Positions 53,841-64,000 of a stretch of 64,000 nucleotides of DNA are shown here, piece by piece (within the stretch, counting starts at the first letter, position 1; every line of letters starts with the position of its first letter). Both the position numbers and the translations under genes were made by a program. Below the pieces are notes generated by a model. It had not been told where the DNA came from. It did no database searches and worked only from the letters and a program-made list of their open reading frames with translations. Origin of the DNA: Macrostomum lignano (taxonomy: Eukaryota); the NCBI GenBank assembly GCA_002269645.1, contig NIVC01001149.1:62001-126000 (forward strand). The letters run 5' to 3'.

Positions 53841-55789
53841 CGGCCAGTTAAGATATTCGAATTGCTCGTTGACTTCGGATTTGCTGACGTCGCCTGGAAC
53901 TGGAAAGAAATCAAATATTATGCCTTAGTCATTTGAAATTATTGTATTTTTCTTAACACTTATATTACTTGCCTCATATGAGAAAACTAATAATTTAGAA
54001 CGTTAGTAAAACGTTTATGTGGTGAACGAAGAACGAAATGTAGAACAAACGAACAAGTTCGCCATTTAAATTCACAGGTCCTTATAGACAAAAATGCAAA
54101 AGTTATTTCATCACCTTTAAAGACGGATAACTCAGTCTCAGTGATTAAGGGGAAACAGAAACAGAACATGCTACATGTGTTTTAATCTCAAAACACAAAC
54201 TGATCTCCAGTAAATAAAATTACCTTTATCGCATTGCTTAATGAAGCAGTGCAAATAAAAAAATAACTTAAAAATGTTAGCAATGGTAAATGGCCGAGAA
54301 GCTTCTAAAAATTTGTTCAATTAGAGCATTATTCATTCAGCAAGAGAAAGCGTGAGACAGTAATTAACCGATTAGAGGTGGCTCATACCTCTGCCACTTG
54401 CCGCGCCAATTGATGGGGTTCTACGTCTTCTGGGCTGCATGAAAAGTATGGCTGCCTATTCTCGCGGGCCACAATAAAAAAATCTCCACGATGGGTCCTT
54501 GCGAAGCTAAATTTTTGCGATAGGTGACAGCAAGTTTTATAGTGATATAAAAGTGAGTCTGCTAAGCAAATATAAAAATGCTGTTACCATTTTCTCTATC
54601 GTTGAGAGCTTCGGGGCAGTCTTAGCTGCCGTTTGCAGCGAGCCGTTGTTTTTCCGTCTCGCTGAGAGACCTAAACTTGGCTGCCAACTCCTTCTGTTGA
54701 TCTGATAATATCAAAATATCATGATATAATAGCATTTAGAAACGAGCATTTTACTGTTTATGGTAAACACGCAGTATTTTATACATATAGGAAATGATTA
54801 AATCCTTTTTGCAATACTCTATTTGCAAGAATAAAAAATTCTATGGCACTCCTTAATATCCGCAGGAAAACATAATGTTCAACTATTGTTGTTAGTCTTG
54901 GTCATATCCTTAAACATGTCATCATGATTGAACAGATCAAATTTAATTTGAGAATCATATATAAATAATTTCTTCATATAATTAGCTTGTATTCAATAGT
55001 GATTTTAGATAAGAGAAACTGGTATTACTACATACAAAATTGACGAAATTAGCCAAATTAAAGTTTTACTTAGACGATTTCGGACACTTCTAAATCTGCG
55101 CGAAAATGCGTGGCGCAACAGCCAAATTACCGGGGTGACATCGATCGAGCAAAATGCTTTTTATTTGTTATTCGGACAAAAAATATTTACACTCTCAGTA
55201 AACGCAAAGGTAATGTGCCGCTTGGATAGAATAAATTTTTGCAGCTACGCAAAAACAACTGAAGTAATGCGCGCAACATAGAGCTGCCCGCAGAAACTTC
55301 GCTACACAGCAACTACAAACCGCTGGTACAGAACTGCGCATCGCCAGGGTGTAAGTCCCACGAACACGTATCACTTCAGACAATCGTTCAGGTCACAATA
55401 ATGTTTATTAAATTACTCTCACTTTGCCTCTGTTCGCTAAGGTCGTCGCGGAACCGGTGATAGCACACGGAGCATCGATCGTCCTCCGCTTGAGCCAGTG
55501 GTCACTGCAGCCGAAGCCTGGCAGCATTTATCTGATCCTTGCAAAATAGAATATCTTTTCTGGCATTCCAAATCCCAAATGGCTTTCATAAACGCACAGT
55601 TCCCCGTTGGAAAGCCGAATACAAAGTGCGGCGTCAGCGTTAGCTGACTCGCATGTACGCACCATGCATGAGAGTGATGCTTCTGATGTAAATAATGATG
55701 CTTATTATCTTTTTTGATAATACCGAAACGAAACAATCTTTTAAGTTTCGAACATAAATAGAGACAGTACACAGGGGCACAGTGGGAGC

Positions 55790-56365
55790 CTGGAAGTGGT
55801 TGCCATGGAAGGGGTAGCCTGGGAGGAGTAGCCTGGAAGGGCTGCCTGGGAAGGGTAGAGTAGGAGGGGAGCCTGAGGGGCTGTCTGGGGGATGCCTAGG
55901 AGAGGTAGAGTGGCAGGGGTAGCCTGGGAGGGTTAGCCTAGGAGGGTTGCCTAGGAGAGGTAGCCTGGGAAGGGTATAGTGGGAGGGGTAAACTCGACGG
56001 GATAGCTTTGGATAGCTCCCTGGGAAGGGTATCCTGGGAGTGTTAGCCTGGGAGGGCTGCCTGGGAAGGGTAGCCAGGAAGGATTGCCTGGAGAGGTAGC
56101 CTAGAAAGGGTAGCCTGGGAAGGGTAGCCTGGTAAGGGTAGCCTGGGAAGGGTAGCCTGGTAAGGGTAGCCTGGGAAGGGTAGCCTGGGAGGGATAGAAT
56201 GGGAGGAAGCCTGATGGGTTTAATAGAAGGGTAGCCATTAAGTGGTAGCCTAGTAGGGCTGTCTGGGAAGGGTAGCAGCCTAAGAGAGGTTGAATGGGAA
56301 GGGTAGCCTGGGAAGGCTGTCTGGGAGGGGTAGAGTAGGAGGGGTAGCCTAGAGGGAAGGCTGCC
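55790..56365. repeat. Degenerate 15-bp G-rich minisatellite (gggaagggtagcct)
   Basis: Direct observation. Confidence 0.88.
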
Positions 56366-56879
56366 TTGAACCATGTCATGGCTACCATGTCAAACATTAA
56401 AGAGCCACCATGTCAAACATATACGTGACTCCATGTCAAACATCAAACATAAAAGAGACACCGTTTAAAACATAAAAAGTGTCACGCCAAAAAAATGGAG
56501 CCACTATAAAATTAAGGAAATTGTTGCACTAGCTAATTTTTCTCTGGTGGATGCTTGCTATTTAAGGATGGATACTTGCTATCTGAGGGTTGCTTGCTAT
56601 CTGAGGGATGCTTGCTATCTGAGGGATGCTTGCTATTGGGGGGATGCTTGCTATCGGAAGGATGCTTTGCTACTGGGGTAACTTGCTATTAGGACATGCT
56701 TGCTCTTGGGGGTGGAATGCGGAACTCGCACCTGCGTGTCAGCCTCGCACAGTGCCTGTAGTGGCTTGTACTATGACATTTTGGGCGGACTACAATAGTC
56801 GCTCATCACGCTCAGGAGCCTAGATGAGTCTGGTCATGCGTGTCAGCCTCGCACAGTGCCTGTACTGGCGGGTCTATTA

Positions 56880-57395
56880 TAATTTCCCGCAGGAATTTTT
56901 CCCGCCGAGCTTTCCCCGCACGATTTTTTCCCGCACGAGATTTTCCCGCAGCGAGTTTTTCCCGCGACGAAAATTTGCTGCAGGAGCTTTCCCCGCACGA
57001 GATTCTCCCGCAGCGAGTTTTTACCGCAGCGAGAGTTTCCCGCAGGAAATTTCCCCGTCGAGATTTTCCTGCCGAGCTTTTACCGCCGAGATTTTCCCGC
57101 ACGAATTTTCCCCGCACAGACTTTTTCCAGCAGAAAGATTTTCCCGCAAGAAATTTCTCGTGATTGCCAGTTTACCTTAAGAAAGAAATTATAAAAAGGA
57201 AAGCTATTAGCAGAGACGCGATTTTCTTTGATAAATTCGACACAGGCAGCCAGCCAGGCAGACAGACAGACAGACAGACAGGTAGGTAGGAAGGTAGGAA
57301 GGTAAACAGGCAATCACGAGAAATTTCTTGCGGGAAAATCTCGGCGGTAAAAGCTCGGCAGGGAAATCTCGACGGGGAAATTTCCTGCGGGAAAC
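56880..57395. repeat. ttttcccgca-type ~15-bp array with an inverted partial copy at 57310-57395
   Basis: 57310-57395 is the reverse complement of parts of 57030-57170. Confidence 0.85.
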
Positions 57396-57917
57396 TCTCA
57401 GACACACAGCCCTCAGATACCCAGCACTCAGACACCCAGCACTCAGACACACAGCACTCAGACACCCAGCACTCAGTCACACAGCACTCAGACACCCAGC
57501 CCTCAGACACCTCGCCCTCAGACACCCAGCCCTCAGACACCCAGCCCTCAGACACCTCGCCCTCAGACACCCAGCACTCAGACACACAGCCCTCAGACAC
57601 CCAGCCCTCAGACACCTCGCCCTCAGACACCCAGCACTCAGACACACAGCCCTCAGATACCCAGCACTCAGACACACAGCACTCAGACACACAGCACTCA
57701 GACACCCAGAACTCAGACACCCAGCACTCAGACATTCAGCACTCAGACACCCAGCACTCAGACACCCAGCACTCAGACACACAGCCCTCAGATACCCAGC
57801 ACTCAGACACCCAGCACTCAGACACACAGCACTCAGACACCCAGCACTCAGACATTCAGCACTCAGACACCCAGCACTCAGACATTCAGCACTCAGACAC
57901 ACAGCACTCAGACACAG
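57395..57917. repeat. 15-bp minisatellite (ctcagacacccagca), about 35 copies
   Basis: Direct observation. Confidence 0.96.
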
Positions 57918-57919
57918 CA

Positions 57920-58275
57920 CGGTTTGGGCCGGTGCTGAACTTCGGGCTCCATTCCAGAGCCTTAAGTTGACATTAGATCCCCATTTTATCCCCTTTATAC
58001 CCTGGGGCCCCAAGGAAGGGAGCCGGATGGGATGTCTCGGCGATTCTAGTCGTCTGGGCCGACAAGTTATCGATTGCAGTCGGTTTGGGCCGGAGCTCAA
58101 CTTCGGGCTCTATTCCAGAGCCTTAAGTTGACATGAGATCCCCATTTTATCCCCTTTATCCCCTGGGACCCCAAGGAAGGGAGCCGGATGGGATGTCTCG
58201 GCTTATTCTAGTCGTCTGGGCCGACAAGTTATCGATTGCAGTCGGTTTGGGCCGGAGCTGAACTTCGGGCTCCAT
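57920..58275. repeat. ~161-bp tandem repeat, about 2.2 copies
   Basis: cggtttgggccgg.gct.aacttcgggctc at about 57920, 58081 and 58242. Confidence 0.9.
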
Positions 58276-58819
58276 TCTGGTGCTGTACATAGCGAATGTA
58301 CAGTGTTTTGGAATAACTTTATTTATAGCCTTCTCTGCACCCCGAGAGTGGAGAGGCTACGTTTAGCCATGACAGTTTAGTGAGAAATTCTAACCACTGC
58401 CCTCCCCTCTGTATAGGCAAACTCTCCAGCAGTTTAACAGTGGATGGCAATTGGCAAATCGAGGCAATCCAGCATGGTTTGTAAAAGCGAAAGATTTATG
58501 AAAAGGCGATGCAATGCAATGAAATACAACCCTACTAAATTAGGCACACCATGGAAATTTTAAGTTTCTCTTAAAAGTACTTTGAAATTTAAATGGCCTA
58601 AGAAATGCGTATTTCCTTGGTTGTTAGACTGATGCAGACTGCAGTGGAGCTGAAGATACACAAATTCCTTTCAGGGCTGCAAATCGGCAAGAAAGATGAC
58701 GTGATCAAAGCATGAGAATAACGATAAGAGTACTACGTCCCACAAACTGGCTTTCGAAGCAGGGATCGGCAGACTTTTACTTCAAAAGCCAGATAAAGAA
58801 TCCAGCTTATGTGCGGGCC

Positions 58820-60168
58820 AGATGAGAGTGGAAAGGAGAAGGAATAGACTATTAGAAGAGAGGAGAGGAGAGGGGGATATGAGAAAACATGGAAGATAAG
58901 AGGAGAGACAAGTGGTGAGGAGAGAGCAGAGAAGAAGGGAGGAAGAAGCGAGAGGAGGGGAGAAAGGAGGGAGAGGAAAGAGTAAAGGTGAGAAGAGGGG
59001 AGAGATGAGACAGAGGATCGATGAGAGGAGAGTAGAGAAGAGTGAGAAGAGAGTAGATATGAGAGAGCAGAAAGAAGATGACAGAGGGTCAAGAGGAGAG
59101 GAGAGATTAGAGAGGAGAGAGTAGAAAGGATAGAGAAGAGAGGAGATAAGAGGGGGAGAGAGGAGTGAGAAGAGAAGAGATAAGAGGGGGAGAGAGGAGT
59201 GAGAAGAGAAAAGATAGAGATAAGAGAGGGGTGTAAGAAGAGGGGAGAAAGGAGAGATGAGATTGTAGAGATGAGACAGATTAAAGGAGAGTGCAGAGAG
59301 ACGAGAGAAGATAATAGAGGAGAGAGAGTACAGAAGAGGGAAGAGAAAAGAAAAGAGGAGTAAGGAAAGAGAGGAGTCAGCAGAGGTGAAAGAGAAGAGT
59401 ACAGAGGAGATAAGTGAAAGAACGTATTAGAGAGTAAAGATGACAGATGAGAGAGCAGAGATAAGGGTGAACAGACGGGAGATGGGAGAGTAGAGAGAAC
59501 AGAGGAGAGATAAGAGAGAAGAGATTACAGAGACTAGAGGAGAGAGGAGACACAGAGGATCGATGAGAGGAGAGTAAAGAATAGTGAGAAGAGAGTAGAG
59601 ATGAGAGAGCAGAAAGAAGATGACCAGAGGGTCAAGAGGAGAGGAGAGAGTAGAAAAGATAGAGAAGAGAGGAGATAAGAGGGGGAGAGAGGAGTGAGAA
59701 GAGAAGAGATAGATATAAGAGAGGGCTGTAAGAAGAGGGGAGAAAGGAGAGATGAGATTGTAGAGATAAGACAAATGAAAGGAGAGATGAGAGAGTAAAG
59801 ATGAGAGATGAAAAAGGTGAGAGGAGAGTGCAGAGAGACGAGAGAAGATAATAGAGGAGAGAGAGTATAGAAGAGGGAAGAGAAAAGAAGAGAGGAGTAA
59901 GGAAAGAGAGGAGTCAGAAGAGGTGAAAGAGAAGAGTACAGAGGAGATAAGTGAGAGAACGTATTAGAGAGTAAAGATAACAGATGAGAGAGCAGAGATG
60001 AGGGTGAACAGACGAGAGATGGGAGAGTAGAGAGAACAGAGGAGAGATAAGAGAGAAGAGATTACAGAGACTAGAGGAGAGAGGAGAGACAGGGAGAGAG
60101 AAGAGGAAACAGGAGAATGAAGAGGGGAGAGAGTAGAGAGGAGAAGAGAGATGGGAGAGGAGAGATGA

Positions 60169-60246
<78 letters not shown>

Positions 60247-60915
60247 GAGCAGAGAGAAACGAGAAGAGATAATAGAGAAAAGATAAAAGAAGAGAAAGGA
60301 GACAAGACAAGAGAGAAGAGAGGTGAGGGAAGAGACGAGTGACGAGGGGAGAGAGAAGAGATAAAACAAGAAAAGAGATGAGAGGAAAGAGAGAGAGGAA
60401 AGAGGTGAGAGAAGAGACGAGAGAAGAGGGGAGAGAGAGGAGAGAGGAGAGAGGAGAGAGTTAAGAGAAGAGAGAAAAGAATAGAGAGGAGAAGGAAGAG
60501 ACGAGAGAAGAGGGGGAGAGAGGAGAGAGAGGAGAAGAGAGAAAACGAAAAAGTAGAGAGGAGAGAGGAGAGGAGAGAGAAAAGAAAAGGGAAGAGATGA
60601 GATAAGAGATATGAAAGAGAAGAGAGATGAGGGAAGATACGAAAGAAGATAGGAGAGAGGAGAGGAGAGAGAAAACGAAAGAGTAGAGAGGAGAGAGGAG
60701 AGGAGAGAGAAAACGAAAAGTAGAGAGGAGACAGGAGAGAGGAGAGAAGAGAGAAAACGAAAAGTAGAGAGGAGAGAGAGAGAAAAGAGTAGAGAGAAGA
60801 GACACGAGATAAGAGAGATGAGGGACGATATGAGAGAGGATGAGAGAGGAGAGAAGAGAGAAGAGAGAGTAGAGATGAGGGACGAGAGAGAAGAGAGGAA
60901 ACAGAAGAGAAGATA
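58820..60915. repeat. 2.1-kb purine (A/G) tract with internal duplications and a (GA)n core
   Basis: Nearly all A/G; block 59450-59545 recurs near 59990-60085. Confidence 0.95.
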
Positions 60916-61357
60916 GATGTTTCAAAGGATCCAAGGTACGTAGGGAGAGTCAGAGGCAGAGGCCAGAGTTTGCCATTACATGTTTTAGAGTCAGACAGAC
61001 ATTGCCCGACATTCTCCGCAGCACCCCAGCCAACAATATCAATGTTTGCTTCAAATCCTAATTTTACACGAATGTGTCCATTTTATGTCTACCTCTATCC
61101 TACTAACTATTAACAAGTTTTTGTTTGTGTATGACCTTAGATTTCAGAATACATGCAAAAGTAGTTCCGGGGATTGGAATTCCCCGGGTTCAAAATCCGC
61201 GGGTTTCAACAGCTTGTTGCTCTATAATCCCATTAATTCTATATCGGTTGTTTCCAAACAAAGATGGTTGAATTAGTTTGAAAAACTTCGAGCATAATAG
61301 TTCTTTTACCTGCCGCTTGCCTAATCCCTAATGCGTCACTTTCAGAACAGAATTCTC

Positions 61358-64000
61358 TGTTATGTTATGATAGACTCATAGACTCATTCTCTGTGTGTTT
61401 GATTTATGTCTATGGACACGACTAATAAACGAGTGTTAAAGAGCACTTATAACTACACAGCTGCTCTATATCCATACAAGCATCTGGAAACATTAGACTT
61501 CTGTGTCGCAACACAACATGGTGTCAGAGGTGCACTTGTGAAGAGCTCTGGATTTGAATTGTCAAACGCAGTACTGTGCTCAACTGGATCTGGATTCAAA
61601 TGGATGGCGGGCTCAAACCCCCAAAGCCATTCTGCTTTGATGAGCACAAGGCGGAAAACTGGAGTAAATGGATTTCTGCGTTCGAGCTCTATATGACTGC
61701 AACCAAGCGTGACGAATCACCGGCTAAAGTGCAAATAGCGACACTGCTAACAGCCATCGGAGAAGAAGGTCGTGAGATTTATTCAACTTTTGAGAAATCG
61801 GAAGGAGACGAAGAGCTGTCGAAAGTGACGAAACTGTTCGAAGAATATTGCAAGCCGAGTGCGAACGAAACTTTCGAGCGCTACAAATTTCGGCAACGCA
61901 GGCAGAACGAGCATGAGAGCATTGACTCATTCGTCAGCGGCCTGAAACAACTTATCAAGACATGCTCATTCGAGAAGCCAGCCTACGAATTGACGGTGAA
62001 CGAATCAATAATCAGAGATCAGATTGTCCTCGGAATCAGAGACACAGAGTTGCGAGAACGGCTTCTACGTGAGCAGGAGTTGACGCTAGATAAGGCTATA
62101 TCTATCTGCCGTGCAATTGAATCATCAAAGACCCAAGTGCGGATCATGACGGGAAACACCTCAGGAGAGATTTCGAAATACATCCAGAAAGAAGTCAATT
62201 CTGTTGTGAAGCCTCGCTCAACAGGCAGACCAGATCTCAAGTACAAGGAGAGATGACCGAACAAAAGGTTTGGGTCCAATGGAAAGCCGATGGTAGGAAA
62301 GTCGGAGGGTTGCTCATTCTGTGGTAAGAAACACAAGAAAGGTTCATGCCCTGCATATGGCAAGACGTGCAAATCTTGCGGAAAGCAAAACCACTTCAGC
62401 AACGTTTGTCGGAATAAGACCGTAAGAGCCTTGGATCGAAATACAAATGAAAGCTCAGAATCTGATCGTCAAGATTCGTGGGTCATGTCAGCATCTCTGC
62501 GACCGGGTGGCAACGACAGAGACAGTAGAACAACTGTTGGTATCAAAATCGAAGGTCAGCTGGTGAATTGCAAATGCGACACAGGAGCGGACGCAAATGT
62601 ACTCCCTGAACATCTGCTTAGGCGGATTGCACCAAACACGTCGATACAAGCAACGTCTTGCAGACTCTTTTGCTATAAAAGGTCGCGCCTAACAGTCGCA
62701 GGGAAGGTACAATTGAAACTGGAATATGAAGGAGTCAAGCATGAAAATGAATTTATTGTGATTAAAGAGAGGCTCATTCCACTCATCGGATGGAAAACTG
62801 CAGAAGAGATAGGCCTGGTGAAATTCAACTTCGGAGTTTCTGTTCAACCTGAAGGGTTTAAGTCCACGTGGACAGATGAAAGATTTCTTCGAGAGTATCC
62901 CGATGTCTTTGAAGGAACAGGTTGCTTACCTGGGAGTTATCACATCAGCCTGCGCGATGACAAAGAATCTTGGACGGATCGCCCTCGAAGAATCCCGTTT
63001 GCAGCAATGCAACCTTTGAAGGCTGAATTAGATCGCCTGGTTTCGGATGGACTCATCACCAAGTGTGATGAGCCCACGAAGTACGTTTCAAATGTGGTCG
63101 TCGTCTGGAAGGCAGACAAGACTATACGTCTTTGCCTAGACCCTCAGCATCTGAATGCCAACATAATGAGAGAGTAGTATCAGATACCGTCTTATGACGA
63201 AATTATTGCAGAAATCGGAAACGCTGCTCTGTTCTCAACTTTTGATGCGACTGCGAGTTTTCACCAGATTGCATTGGATTATGAAAGTTCGTTGATGACG
63301 TGCTTTCACACACCTTTTGGACGATATCGTTGGCTGAAAATGCCCTATGGAATTTGTTCCGCATCGGAAGTCTACCAGAAGCGAGTTCGGGAGGAGATCT
63401 CGGACAAGATCACAAACTGCAACAATTTTATTGACGACTTCATTGTTTGGGGCAAGACTGTCGAAGAACACGATGAAGCTGTGAAGCAGCTTATGGAAAT
63501 GTGCCGTGCGAAGAATTTGCGCCTGAATTATAAAAAGCGGAAAGTCGGATTGAAGGAGTTGAAATTCCTCGGCAACATACTTTCGCACACCGGAATAAAA
63601 GTCGACCCAGACAAAGTAAAAGCAATGCGCGATATGCCCCGACCAGATACTCTATCCGGCAATGAGAGAAAGCAGCAACTTATGCGATTTCTAGGATGTG
63701 CAAATTTTTTGTCCAAATTTATTTCGGATCTGTCATCTAAGGCAGCACCGCTACGCACATTGCTGACGAAGAATGCTCAGTGGAACTGGACAAATGAACA
63801 CGAAAAAGCGTACGAATCAATTTTGCAGAGTCTTTGCGACACACCAGTCTTAGCTCGCTATAACCCGAATGCACCACTTACTCTGTCAGTCGATGCTAGT
63901 CAACACGGTCTCGGAGCAACTATCCTGCAAGATGGACACCCGCTGGAATACGCTTCGTCATCATTGACGCCATCCCAACGGAAGTATGCTCAGATCGAAA
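61358..64000 (+). mobile_element. Ty3/Gypsy (Mag-like) LTR retrotransposon, 5' part (runs off the window); gag-pol with in-frame stops at 62254 and 63175
   Basis: 5' LTR about 61358-61518 (TGTT...AACA); PBS TGGTGTCAGAGGTG (tRNA-Leu-like) 61519-61532; gag (W..W...FELY, FRQRRQ..HESID), CCHC knuckles, CDTGA protease, RT FIDD, RNase H VDASQHGLGA. Confidence 0.93.

Noticed and set aside
53471-60934. ORFs with AARRS, RPAGV, LRHPA, SECW and LSSLL repeats
   Set aside because: Translations of 15-bp minisatellites and the purine tract.
62254-62256. Programmed gag-pol read-through stop
   Set aside because: It lies before the gag zinc knuckles, lacks a typical read-through context, and a second stop occurs in RT at 63175; decay is simpler.

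Overview
Eukaryotic (invertebrate-animal-like) repeat-dense window with GT-AG introns, TTAGGG runs, GC-rich coding islands in AT-rich DNA and no recognisable housekeeping gene. Retroelements: a 5'-truncated LOA/R1-type LINE (12052-15021) with a 13-bp TSD that splits a Sola2-like PHD-finger transposase; two Ty3/Gypsy (Mag-like) elements (22368-26175 with an intact gag-pol frame but no 5' LTR; 61358-64000 with in-frame stops); and a tRNA/CORE-like SINE with a 10-bp TSD. DNA transposons: a 3.9-kb TIR element with a 7-bp TSD and spliced DDE transposase (6790-10671), a decayed KDZ transposase, truncated piggyBac and mariner pieces, and a MITE. There is also a PR-Set7-like SET-domain exon, many mini/microsatellites and a 1.5-kb tandem duplication. 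The most striking unannotated signal is two copies of a type-P1 twister ribozyme-like motif (minus strand, 33571-33627 and 40973-41031). They lie at the apparent 3' end of a dispersed element, and one copy has a twin-priming-like 5' inversion. A conserved ~110-nt hairpin bounded by splice-site consensus also occurs twice (28703-28812, 50149-50255). All calls are by eye; no database searches were run.
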